Shown here: in pieces, positions 51,948 through 64,000 of the stretch
How the letters are laid out: every line of letters starts with the position of its first letter
Position numbering within the stretch: the stretch's first letter is position 1
Assembly: GCF_902713615.1 (NCBI RefSeq)
Contig: NC_052147.1
Location: 235,297,758-235,361,757 of the forward strand
Source of the DNA: Scyliorhinus canicula
Lineage: Eukaryota
DNA length: 64,000 nucleotides
Reading direction: 5' to 3'
Notes under the pieces: model-generated
Seen by the model: only the letters and a program-made list of their open reading frames with translations
Told to the model about the DNA's origin: nothing
The model's database searches: none
Position numbers and translations under genes: made by a program

Positions 51948-52245
51948 GGCACGGTAACATAGTGGGTAGCACTATGGCTTCACAGCGCCAGGGTCTCAGG
52001 TTCGATTCCCGGCTTGGGTCACTGTCTGTGCGGTGTCTGCACATTCTCCCTGTGTCTGCGCGGGTTTTCTCCGGATGCTCCGGTTTTCTCCCAAAAGACG
52101 TGATATTAGGTGAATTGGACATTCTGAATTCTCCCTCTGTGTGCCCAAACAAGCGCCGGAATGTGACGACAAGGGGCTTTTCATAGTAACTTCATTGCAG
52201 TGTTAATGTAAGCCGACTTGTGACAATAAAGATTATTATTATTAT
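51948..52245 (+). mobile_element. V-SINE with (TTA)n tail
   Basis: A/B boxes, V-domain, gtgacaataaagattattattattatt. Confidence 0.9.
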
Positions 52246-53112
52246 TGAAATGCTGTCACAATTAAGGCCTCCACAGACTGACACATCGGAGGGTGGATTT
52301 TCCATTGCCCACTTCAGCGGAGTTCCCGATCTGGCGGAGCATCGAGCAATGGGCAAAAAATGGGATTGGAAGCCATTCTGATGCCCTGCTCCTCCGCCGG
52401 CGGTGGCAGAAAGCATAAATGCCCCACACCAGTGGGAAGATGCAAGTGGGTCATTTGCACCCAATTGCACCTGATTAACGGGCTGCAAGCACAATTCTCC
52501 ATGCCCCCGTGATTCTCTAGGCCTCTCAGTCATGTGGCCCTGATGTTGTGGCATCCATGGTTGGTCAATGCATAATGGAGGTGATCCAAAGCCCATGGGA
52601 AGGCCCCTTTCCCCTCACAACGCAAATCCTGTCCCCTCTGCCTGACCATCCACACGCCTCCTCCCCCCCACAGCAGACACCACACCAGACCCTCTCAATA
52701 GAGATACCAATCAGACCATCCTCCCCGCACCCTCCCCACCCATCAGAGGACTCTGCCTGAAAGCTGAAGAGCAGCCTGGACAAGAGGATAAAAAAAATCA
52801 CTGCTTTTTCACATATCCTTTTCTAACATCTGTTGTCTCAGACAGAAGTGTTTATAGCAGCAGCTGTTACAAAGGTCAGATGCTTCCTCAAAGCCCACTA
52901 TACTTCAAAGGGCTTGCAATCCTTTGACAGCCTTTAAAATGCAGATCTTCCATTCGATTTCACACAGCAATACATTGTATTAGCCAGTGATTGAAAGTTT
53001 TTTAACTCCAGGTACAGTTGCTTGGTGGACTGTTTATTGAGCTTTTCCTTCACACTTCAATGCATCTCCATTACCCTACTTTGATGCTAACCATAATCTT
53101 TATAAATACTCT

Positions 53113-53449
53113 TAGAACATAGAACATAGAACAGTACAGCACAGAACAGGCCCTTCGGCCCTCGATGTTGTGCCGAGCAATGATCACCCTACTTGAACCC
53201 ACGTAACCCGTATACCCGTAACCCAACAATCCCCCCATTAACCTTACACTACGGGCAATTTAGCATGGCCAATCCACCTAACCCGCACATCTTTGGACTG
53301 TGGGAGGAAACCGGAGCACCCGGAGGAAACCCACGCACACACAGGGAGGACGTGCAGACTCCACACAGACAGTGACCCAGCCGGGAATCGAACCTGGGAC
53401 CCTGGAGCTGTGAAGCATTGATGCTAACCACCATGCTACCGTGAGGCCC
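53113..53449 (-). mobile_element. V-SINE with CR1-type tail
   Basis: Near-identical to 29018-29353. Confidence 0.92.
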
Positions 53450-55870
53450 CTTGCTACGATTGACAGCCCCATACCACATAAAAATAAGTTAATTGCTTTC
53501 TGCGGAGAAAAAGAGAAAGTAAAAGCACTTAAAAATCCTCAAAGTTTACAGATCAATGAATCTGAGGGGTTTTAAAGCCTTGGTTTTAAAGCCTTGTTTT
53601 GGTGTTCCGGCTAAGCGAGATCCAGACAGTGCAGCGTGTCCCTGGGCTTCAGCGTTTAAGTGCAGGAGAGTTGAAGTGAAGGACACCACACCCCGATTTA
53701 CAGCAATGCCGTAGACCATGTAAGTTAAAGGTCCAATTGAAATATAAAAGTCTTTGGCAGGCCAGGGAGAAGATAAATATCAGGGGGAGGGGATCGGAGT
53801 TCGGGAGGATCATAGTTCGAGGGGGAATGTAAGTTGTGGGGGGTTCAGAGGTTGGGGGATCGTAGGTTGGGGGTTATCGGAGGTCGGAGAATTGGCTTTA
53901 AGAGATGGGATCAGAGGTCAGAGGGGGATTGGAATTCGGGGGGATCAAAGGTCAGAGCAAGTTGGGGAGGTTGCCAGACCTTGGGGAAGGGGTAGATCAG
54001 TATTTCTCAAACTATTCCGGGACCCACTTTTACCAACCAGCTGACCTATGTGAGCCACACTGGCCGATATTGGTGACCCATGCTGGCCGATCTTCATGCC
54101 ACACCACTTTCATTTACCTTTAATGCAACAGGTGAGCCGGTTTGGTCCTCAAGATCTCAGTTGCTTGGTCATTCAATGTTACATTTCTGCTGAGGGCTTC
54201 AGCTGATGATTCAAGTACTTGCTGCATCCTTTGAAAAAAAATCAAAACGTTTTTCCTCAAACTCGCCATGGTTAGTCTTCAAATACCTTTGACGTTTTGA
54301 GGACTTTAAACACTCGTTTGGCAGTACTACCCTGCACATAACACAAATGGACTTTGCATCCTGATTTGCATTTCCACAATTAACAAAGCCATAACTCAAG
54401 AAATCATCTTTATACTGCTTTGCTCCCGATTCCAGCTATTCTTTGTTAGCTGTTCACCAGATGCCCTAGAGCTGCGTACAGATCTAACACCAGCACTCCT
54501 CTGTCCTGTCCTGGACTCACCTAAACAGCTCTGTTGCCTTCTTTACTTTGGGGTGCAGCACAAGCTGTTTCTTATATCGACCAAATGACCACACAACCAA
54601 TATGTTAGCTCAAAAACACAGTTTATTAATAACACAAGATTTGTATCTCTAAGCAATAACACACGCGGCTCCATACTAAACTACACCTAATGACTAAGAT
54701 GACCTTTACTTAACTTCATGTGACTGGCACCGTGTGAGATAAGGCCTTTATCCAGGTCCATGTGGTCGGTTTGAAAGTGGTTGGGTTCATCTCACTTGGA
54801 CTCGCCCATCAGGAATGGTTGCGGGTCCTTGAACATGGTTGTTCTGCTGCGGTTGGCCCCACACAGGCCGGTCACAAAAAAGATCGATCTCTAGTGCGCA
54901 GGGCTTTTTATCCTTCGTCTCTTTCACGCCCTTTTGGGTGGTCCTTACTGCGGGTCCAATGGATCGATAGGGTTCTCGATCACCCTCATCGATCTCAGCC
55001 AATTTGGGGGCAGATACCTCGATAGCTGGGCGGGTCCAAACTATCATTGTCCCAGGCACATAGGCCTTTCCAAATAAGGGGGAGGGGGTGGCGCCGGTTA
55101 GTCTGCTACTGTTGTAACTCCTTGATTCAAATTCTATTGTCCTGGGGGAAATGGTGATCGACTCTTAATGGATACAAGTTTCAGCCAAGTCTGGTTTCTC
55201 TGTGCACTACACAGAGGCTGTGTACCTGTCTGTATCCCAAATTGACCCCAATTCCCATGTTCCTTTGCAGGTGGCCATTTTACATGGCTACATTCCGTCC
55301 TCTTGATCCTGAACGCGAAGCGTGGTGGATCACAGTCTTCATCCCGTAGTCTACCTTATCAAGCCGTCACTTGTCAGTCAGTTCAGGTCCTACTCTACTC
55401 TGTTCTAAATTTATTGTACAATTTTACCTAATTCATTAATATTACATACATTCATTAAAACAATTCACTACTAATAGCTATTTCATTCCTAAAATTGGAT
55501 CCATATAAAACATTTTAACTTAAATTAACATATAAAACAGTTGATTTCTAACTAAACTTTCTAAACTACACTCATGCTGCTGGTTTTACCTAAAGAACTT
55601 ATTTATAACACAAAATCTCCAAAACTTCAACAGCAGCACCACATTATTTCACCTGATCACATTTCATTGGTACAGAGGTATAAAGGGTCCATTTAGCAGC
55701 GGTTATCACAGATTTGTAATTACGACTGCATAATTGAGTGTCAGGCCGACATAGATTGAAACCATGTGTTGGAGAGAAGAGGAGGTTAAAATAAGAAGAC
55801 AGGCAGGCTCCATCAGAAATTTGGACACCTTAATTCTTAGACAGTGTCCATTTCTCATCATCTGGTCACC

Positions 55871-58800
55871 TCAAATTTTTGTGTGCATCAGTTTCTTTAA
55901 CTCAGTTCCCAGAAGGGGCTCATTGCTTAAATCATCACCTTTTCCTGGCTGCCAGACTCGTGTCTGCATATTCTGGGTGGTAGCCGCGTAGGCCTGTAGG
56001 TCCGATTCATCATGTCTTACCAACCTGTAGGAATTGTCACGTTGCCAAAAGGGAGTATCGGGGTTGTCATGTGGCGGTGTGTAGCCAGGAACTGGTGTAC
56101 TGGAAGTGGAAGCAACGTTGTTGGGAGCGGGCGTAGGAAGAGTCGTTGGGTGGAGACAGTCGTACAAGGGGTCGAGAAAATCCATGGCGTTGTTCCGGGG
56201 GCTAGGGTAGCTGATAGTGGGGAGGTTGCTAGGGATGGTAGACAAATCCGGGAGGCTCTCATCAGAGACAAGTTCAAGGTTGAAACCTGTGAGCATGGGT
56301 GGAGTCCAGGGGAGAGTGTCGTCCTGAGGGGGAGGGTTGGAGTGGGCATCGGGCTGAATCGTCAGTGGGCAGAGCATCATCCTCTCCCATTACCAAGGCT
56401 AAGTGGTGGGTGTGGATCCGTAGAGTTTGAGTTGGTTGATGTTGGAACCAACCAGTCTTACTGTTGGGGTACATTATCTTGTACACAGAGGGGCTTACTT
56501 TGTCAGAGATGGAGTAGGGGCCTGCGAATTTAGGGGCTAAGAAGGAGCTGGTTTTGTACAACAAGATCATAACTTGCTGGCCAACTGCATGCTCTATGGG
56601 GTGAACCTTTTTGTCAAAGCTGGCTTTACTCTGCTTTTTCCTAGCACCTAGTCGGACAGCAGCAGCTAATTGTGCCGCTTTAATGTTCTCTGTGACCTGT
56701 TGGACTGTTTTTTCGTGGGTGAGCGCGGTTACTGCGGGATTTGCCAAATTGAGCCCAAATAAATATTCAATGCCTTTCATGGGTGTCCCTGTCATAAGGG
56801 TGTGGGGGGTGAAACCTGTGGAACTGGAAACTGTTCTTGATAATCATGAGAGCAAAGGGTAGTACCGTGTCCCGATGGGCAGGACGGTGGCATAGTGGTT
56901 AGCACAATTGCTTCACAGCTCCAGGGTCCCAGGTTTGATTCCCGGCTTGGCTCACTGTCTGTGCGGAGTCTGCACATCCTCCCAGTGTTTGCGTGGGTTT
57001 CCTCCGGGTGCTCTGGTTTCCTCCCACAGTCCAAAGATGTGCAGGTTAGGTGGATTGTCCATGATAAATTGCCCTCAGTGTCCAAAATTGCCCTTAGCGT
57101 TGGGTGGGGTTACTGGGTTATGGGGATAGGGTGGAGGTGTGGGCTTGAGCAGGGTGCTCTTTCCAAGACTCGATGGGCCGAATGGCTTCCTTCTGCACTG
57201 TAAATTCTATGAAGTGGAATTGTTCTGCTGGACCGTCTTCCTGATGGTTGTTTTTAAAGTCCAGTTCATGCGCTGTACTATGTTGCTGGACTAGGTGTGG
57301 TAGGCTATGTGGATTTTTTGTTTGATACCGAAAATGGTCATAACATTTAGCATTACAATGCCGGTGAAGTAGGAACCTTGATCTGACTGAATGCTGCGTG
57401 GAAGACCCCAGCGTGTAAAGATCTGTTGGGTCAAAATTTTTGCAGTGGCCTTTGCCGTGTTTGAACGTGTGGGGAATGCTTCAATCCATTTTGTAAATGT
57501 ATCGATGATGACTAGTACATACTTGAAACCATTTCTGTAGGGGGGGAGGGGACCAATGTAATCAATTTGCAGATTTATCCAGGGGCCTTCTACAGTTCAG
57601 GTGTGTCTTAATTGTCCCTTCTTTGCATAATGTTCCGAATTGTTCTGGGTGCAAATGAGGCAATTGTCTACATAATGTGTGACGTCGCTTTTTAATTCGG
57701 GCCATCAGCACAAGGGTCTTAAATGGGCAATGGTTGTGTCTATTCCCTGATGTCTGTGTCCGTCATGGAATTGGTAGATTAACTGGTTTCTGTCTTGGGT
57801 GGGGACCATATAAATTCCATCCTTTAACACTATTCCGTCCTGTATTGTGAGTGTGTCCTTCCATTTACCATAGGGGGCTGCAGTTGTGCCTTTCAGTATC
57901 TGTTTAAGGGAGTCATCTGCTTTCTGTGCCTGAGATAAATCCTCAATATTTGTTTGGGAGACCCGGATTGAATGTATCTGTTCACACTCGGGGGGTTGCC
58001 AGAAGTGATTAGTGCGTGATCCAACTTTAGCTAAGGCGTCGGACTAGCGATTCCCGGGGGGGGGGGAGGTGTGGTGATGGCTCTTTAATGATGCCGTATG
58101 TGCGGCCGGTGGCTTTCTTAAGAATATGTTTCAGGAGAGGGGCGGATGGTTGGGGTTTTCCGTTGGTGGATACAAAACCTCGAGATTCCCATAGGGGAAA
58201 GAATTCTGTTAGACTGTTTCAGACATACAAGCTGTCAGAGTGTATGGCTGCAGGAGTTGGAAAGGAGTCTGGGTGGTCAATTACATAAGCTATGGCTGCC
58301 AGTTTGGCTGCCTGCGAACCCAAGTGGCCGGGTAATTTTAAAGATACCTCTTCTAGTGGGCGCCCCTGTGAGCCCTCCATGTAAATACCGCATCCTGTGA
58401 TTCTTACTCCATCCTCAACAGTGGAGGAGCCATCTACATAGATCTTTACTGTGTCCCCTGTGTCTTGCGAACTTTGTGTCTCACCGTTTACACGTGGTTG
58501 TCGCGATTTGGGAACAAAGGGTCCTGTGGGGTGTGTGGCTGCAATATCTGGCATTCGTGTGGGGTCCTTGCATATTGTAAATTGTCTGCTAAGAACGTGT
58601 GGGTCTTGGTGCATTTCACAGAAATATCCCTGCCTTGTAATAAGAGTGTCCAGCGAGCTGCTGTGGTGTGGCTAACGGAACCACACTTTAGTTTGCCGTC
58701 TAACAACAGTTGGGTGGGAGTGTGCTCAGTTAATATCGTGAATAGGTTGAGGCCTGTAATGTAGGCAAAGTACTGAACTGCCCACAAGACTGCAAGCAAG

Positions 58801-60419
58801 TGTCGTTCACAGGCAGAAAATCCTTGTTCTACGGGATCTAAAATTCTAGAGGCATAGGCTACCGGGCCTAATCGGTCGTGACGTTCCTGTAGGAGCACTG
58901 CTGAGAGGGTTCGGTTGGTGGTTGCTACTTCTATGGCGTAGGGCAAGGCGGGGTTGGGAACTTGTAAAGCGGAAGCTGTACCTAGGGCGAGTTTTAAATA
59001 GTCTATGGCGTCTGTGTGCTGGGGAAGCCAGTTCCATGGGGTGTTCTTTATCAGAAGCTCTGAGAGTGGGGCGGCGCATGTGGCAAAACTGTCTATATAA
59101 TTTCTGCAGTATCCCACCAAACCTAAAAATGAGCGGAGTGCACTTATATTATGGGGCAGGGGCAAGTTCACAATGGAGTCAATGCATTTTTGTTCAATTT
59201 CATGTTTGCCATGTGTAATAGTGGTGCCTAAATAAAGTACCTTTTCCCTCAATATCTGTGCCTTTTTCGGGTTTACCTTACATCTGATGGACTGGAGCAG
59301 GGTTAGTAATTTGGCCAATAGAGCCACGTGCTCTTCCCTGGTGTCGGTTTGCAGGAGCAGGTCGTCTACATACTGAATTAGGCTTGCAGGGTGGGAGAAT
59401 TTGGAAAGACCAGCAGCAAGCTGGCTGTGGAAAATGGAGGGGGAATTATGGAAGCCTTGGGGGAGGCACGTCCATGTGTACTGTTGTCCTTGAAAAGTGA
59501 ATGCAAATTTATACTGGCAAGCCCTATCTAGGGGAATGGACCAAAAACCATTGCTGATATCAAGCATGGTGAAATACTTTGCTTGCATTCCCTGCTTAAG
59601 CATGGTCACAGGACTCATGGCAATGGTGGGTGCTGTTAAAGGGGTAACTTTGTTTAGTTTGCAGTAGTCAATGGTGAGTCACCATGAACCGTCTGGTTTC
59701 TTTACGGGCCAAATCAGGGAATTATTAGTGGAAGCTATGGGTCGAATCAGTACTTGTTTTAACAGACATTTAATTACCTTTAAAATTTCTCCCTCAACCT
59801 GCTGTGGAAATCCATACTGTTTCTGTGGTTTGGAGTCAGGACCTGAGATGATAATTGTACCTGGAATGTGTCCGCAGTCATGCTTGTGTTGGGAAAACGT
59901 TCCTTTGTGTGTGGCTAATATCCATCTAATGGTGTCGTCTGTGCTAATTGCTGAAGGGTTAAACCAATAGTCCCCAACTGAGAAAATCCTGTTTTTGTAA
60001 TCCCCCACTGCGAGCGTGGCGGGGGCTCTAGTTGTCTTGGACATTTGCCAGACACACTTGTTTATGGGGTCGAAGGAGAGGTTATGTGAGTTCATAAAGT
60101 CTATGCCTAGGATGTGTTCCGCAGTCAGGGGTAGATCTACTAGAACAACGGGGTGGCAAGTGATTACATTTCCTACTTGGACAGATATAGGGGCTGTGAT
60201 GTATCCCTCGTGCATGTGCCCTGTGAATCCACTGAGTGCGATGGTATCTGTGGTGGGCCAGTGTGTTTTTTGGAATAGGTTTGCGGAGTTTAGTGTGGTT
60301 CGGGATCCTCCTGTGTCCCAAAGAAAATCAACTGCTTGTCCCCAGACTGTGCCTGTGACTACCGGTCTTCCTACGTTGTCCCAGCGCGTGTCACAGTCCC
60401 ATGTTGTGGACTCCAGACA
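55871..60419 (-). pseudogene. pol: protease, RT, degenerate RNase H (tether), RNase H, integrase
   Basis: FLWDTGG; LDISNGFWSIPL; LPQGFHNSP; YVDD; VAYASR..ERHLLAV..TEH; IYVDGSS..IHSDS; QIDYIGPLP; SDQG. Confidence 0.9.
56877..57212 (+). mobile_element. V-SINE inserted in the integrase
   Basis: gggcaggacggtggcatagtgg..V-domain..ctgcactgtaaattctatg. Confidence 0.9.
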
Positions 60420-60422
60420 TCA

Positions 60423-61638
60423 TCAATCTAGGGAGTTATAAGCGAGGTTGTCTGAATGGGTGTTTACGTTATGCATGGGACAAGCGTTGCCTTCTAGCTG
60501 TCGCGGCTGGCGATCGTGGTCTGGCCTATTGTTTCTGGGTGGAGGGGCTGGGCTGTTAGGGTTGTTGGTGGTGTGGAGGGTTTTGTCTGCAATCACAGGC
60601 AAAACGTCCTACTTGTCCACAAGTGTAACATGGACCTCGTGGTGTGTGGGCTGGGGCTTGTGCTCTGGGGTACTGTTCTTGGGAGAAATGTTTCTCTCTT
60701 CTGCCCTCATTTATCCATGCGGGTTCCTGGCTAGTTCTGACTAGGTACATTGTAGCTTCTACTGAGTTCTGGTCCATCTGATCCTGAAGTGACTGTTCCC
60801 AAGCCCTGGATAGGCGTCTGAATACCCAAATCTCATTATGCATGTTATCTGCCGGGTCATAATTCGCGCAAGCCCTTTTACCCACTTCAGTGGCATGTGA
60901 AACTAATGTACGGGACCATTTAGTGGTATCTTCCTCATCAAGGTGAGCGTGGTCTAAGTTTCCGTATACTGCCTTGAAATGTATCCAGATGCGACTGGCA
61001 AAGGAGGTTGGATGTTCCCCTCTCCTTTGCCTACATTTGGACTGGTGGAGCGCTCTTAAAGCTGCCTGTAAATCGGCGCATTTCTTTGTTAGCTGGGTGA
61101 CCTGTTGTTCAGTCTCCACTCTTATCAAGACTGCGCGCTATGTATCTTGATAGGCCTTGTCATACTGGGTCTGAAAGCTGCTAAGGTGTACTATGCAAGA
61201 CTGGTGGGCACGTTTAACATCGGCGATTTCCCTGTCTTTGGTGGCTAACTTCTCCCGGAGTTCCTCAATAATGTTCTCACTTTCTTTAATGTTTCCCTCA
61301 TTCTCTTCTTCCTTCTCTACTAACTGTCTGCAGATCCTCTCGATGACCTCCTCGGTGCCTAGCAACTGTGCCAAGCAGTACACTATTGACATTGGCTTTC
61401 TAAACTTTGCTGCGTTTTTCTTATATATCTCACAAAGATTCTCCCACCAAGTCTGTTCTATCTTTCCTGGATCTGTCTTGGTGTTTGCATAAAAATTCGA
61501 CCAAAGGGGCCATCCTTTCCCCTTTAAATACTTTCTCAACGCATCCTCCCATATGGGGCACTGCTCTGATTTATCAACTACTGTAACCTCGCATTGCTGC
61601 TGTGGGTTCATCAACTTCTCGATCATCTGCGCTGCCAT
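60423..61638 (-). pseudogene. gag-like ORF (coiled-coil N-region, single CCHC-type knuckle), disrupted
   Basis: ORFs 61138-61638 and 60556-61128; CRQRRGEHPTSFASRI (MHR-like); CYTCGQVGRFACDC. Confidence 0.8.
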
Positions 61639-63304
61639 CTCTTCTCTACTTAAAATTTTGAACAGGGGGGAATAAGGAGTCGATCAAACAGGATACGGCT
61701 TACAGCTATATTTGGTTCACAACCCCTCTAGATTTGCATGCAAGTCTGACGAGTTTATCTTACCCTTCCCTGTTAGTTACGCATGCGGTTAGTGTACATT
61801 TCTGAAAATCGGTTATTTGGCGGATATGAAACTTACTCTTGTGGTTCGTTCTTTTTTCCAATTTAATTCAAAGTTGTGGGATCCCTCGGAGTAACAAAGT
61901 CACTTCTAATTCAGGTCCGGCCAGAGTCGCCAATAAATGTTGCCTTCTTTACTTTGGGGTGAACCACAAGCTGTTTCTCATATTGACCAAATGACCACAC
62001 ATTACATTAGGGTTAGGGTTATTACCAATACGGTAGCTCAAAAACACAGTTTATTAATAGCAGAAGACCTGTATCTCTATGCAGTAACACACGCGGCTCC
62101 GTACTAAACTACACCTAACGACTAAGATGATCTTTATTTAACTTCGAGTGACCAGTACTGTGCGAGATTAGGCCTTTATCTGGGTCCACGTGGTCAGTTT
62201 GGAAGCTTTTGGTTTCGTCTCAGCTGGGCTTGTCCTTCAGGAATGCACGCGGGTCCTTGAACTTGGTTGTTCTGCTGCAGTTGGTCACACGCAGGCTGGT
62301 CACAAAAAAGATTGATCTCTAGTGCGCAGGGCTTTTTATCCTTCATCTCTTTCGCACCCTTTTGGGCAGTTCTCACTCCGGGTCCACTGGATCGATAGGG
62401 TTCTCGATCACCCTCATCGATCTCAGCCAATTAGGGGGTGGATACCTGGATAGCTGAACGGGTCCTAGCTATCATTGTCCCAGGCTCGTAGGCCTTTCCA
62501 AATAAGGTGGGTGGGAGGGGGGGGTGGCACCGGTTAGTCTGCTACTGTTGTAACTCCTTGATTCAAACTCTGTTGTCCTCCGGGAAATGGTGATCGACTC
62601 TTAATGGATACAAGTTTCAGCTAAGTCTGGTTTCTTTGCGCAATACACAGAGGCTGTGTACCAAATTGACCACAATTCCCATGGTCCTTTGCAGGTGGTC
62701 ATTTTGCATGGCTACAGCTCCTGCCAACAGGTTCATATGTGAGTTCCTGGCCAGGAGGTATACAGCCTGTTTGTTTCTCTGCCTTCTCTTCCTTATAACA
62801 AAATGATCCAACTTGCCTTGCTTACTTTCAACTAGAAAATGGAAGAAATTTTCCTCCGTGATTTTGTGCCAAAAGCCCAGATGTACAGGGTGTTTGACGT
62901 CAGTGTCCATGCCGGGTATGTGAACTGCTCTCTGCCGCCGCTTCCGGGTGAAAGACTGCATTGTTCCATTTAAAAGCCGGTCGCAGGAGGCATTCACATT
63001 TTAAAAGAGGGTCAAGGCTGGCATTGCCACTTAAAAAGCCTGTCGCAGATGTTGATGTTGGGCACTTCTCGCGCAATGGGGAAAGCCATGACCGATCTCT
63101 CCGCAACCCTTTCGACACCCGCCCGTGACCCAACGTTGGTCATGACCTGCACTTTGTAAAACCCTGGGGTAGATAATTGGCCCTGATGAGACCTGGGAGA
63201 GGGGGCAGGGCTCCTGAGTTGGTTGTGTCAGGCCTGGAGGGAGTGGAGGTGAGAGTCGATTGCATCAGGCATGGGGAGATGAGCAGGTTTTGCGGAGATC
63301 CTGG

Positions 63305-63343
<39 letters not shown>

Positions 63344-63375
63344 CAAGAGTTTGGGGTAGCCCTTGGGGGGAAAGA

Positions 63376-64000
63376 TTGGATTGGATTGGATTTCTTTATT
63401 GTTATGTGTACTGAGGTACAGTGAAAAGTATTTTTGTGCGAGCGGCTCAACAGATCATTAAGTACATGAAAAGAAAAGGAAATAAAAGAAAATACATAAT
63501 AGGGCAACACAAGGTACACAATGTAACTACATAAGCACCAGCATCAGATGAAGCATACAGGGGTGCAGTGTTAATGACGTCAGTCCATAATAGGGTTGTT
63601 TAGGAGTCTGGTAACAGCGGGGAAGAAGCTGTTTTTGAGTCTGTTCATGTGCGTTCTCAGACTTCTGTATCTCCCGCCCGATGGAAGAAGTTGGAAGAGT
63701 GAGTAAGCCAGGTGGGAGGGGGTCTTTGATTATGCTGCCTGCTTTCCCCCGGCAGCTGGAGGTGTAGATGGAGTCAGTGGATGGGAGGCAGGTTCGTGTG
63801 ATGGACTGGGCAGTGTTCACGACTCTCTGAAGTTTCTTGCGGTCTTGTGTGAGCAGTTGCCATACCAGGCTGTGATGCAGCCCGATAGGATGCTTTCTAT
63901 GGTGCATCTGTAAAAAGTTGGTAAGAGTTAATGTGGACAGGCCGAATTTCCTTAGTTTCCTGAGGAAGTATAGGCGCTGTTGGGGCTTTTTGGTGGTAGC
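63376..64000 (-). mobile_element. Rex1/Babar-clade LINE 3' fragment
   Basis: LYFLRKLRKFGL..FYRCTIESILSGCITAWYGN..DRKKLQRVVNTAQSI; tail (ccaat)n. Confidence 0.85.

Larger units (their letters stand above)
54532..62716 (-). mobile_element. Retrovirus-like provirus with two RNase H domains (lokiretrovirus/spuma-related), no env
   Basis: LTRs 54532-55292 and 61938-62716, 4-bp TSD GCTC, PBS 61915-61932 (tggcgactctgg, tRNA-Arg(UCU)-like), PPT 55293-55304. Confidence 0.9.
53998..63166 (-). mobile_element. Internally deleted hAT (Charlie/Buster-like) transposon split by the provirus
   Basis: Termini cagtatttctcaaact and actttgtaaaaccctg; 8-bp TSD GGGTAGAT (53990-53997 and 63167-63174); BED-finger remnant YGF..CVMC..LKSSKRQRYLKTNH (54211-54420). 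Confidence 0.88.

Noticed and set aside
55871-56380. Possible env ORF of the provirus
   Set aside because: Pro/Thr-rich, with no signal peptide, furin site or transmembrane segment; better read as a frameshifted integrase C-terminal extension.

Overview
Repeat-saturated vertebrate genomic DNA, most likely a cartilaginous fish (shark-type HE1/V-SINEs, DeuSINEs, CR1, Penelope, Harbinger relics). No resident host-gene exon could be supported; almost all listed ORFs are transposon fragments or antisense artefacts. Contents: a full-length, near-intact L1-clade LINE with a 15-bp TSD (14427-20500); many CR1, RTE and Rex1/Babar fragments; SINEs; Harbinger transposase and Myb/SANT relics; Penelope ends with hammerhead-like motifs; a solo LTR; a Gypsy element with an apparent self-complementary primer site and a YLDN RT motif (43070-47599); and a retrovirus-like provirus with two RNase H domains (54532-62716, minus) nested in a hAT transposon. 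The highlight is a non-autonomous Gypsy element (about 28244-33259) whose RT/RNase H/integrase region is replaced by coiled-coil cargo. That cargo includes an intronless, circularly permuted copy of CUX1/CASP coding sequence with a junction (31788/31789) where an exon 14-to-exon 5 back-splice would fall, which points to a circular RNA captured and retroposed by an LTR retrotransposon.
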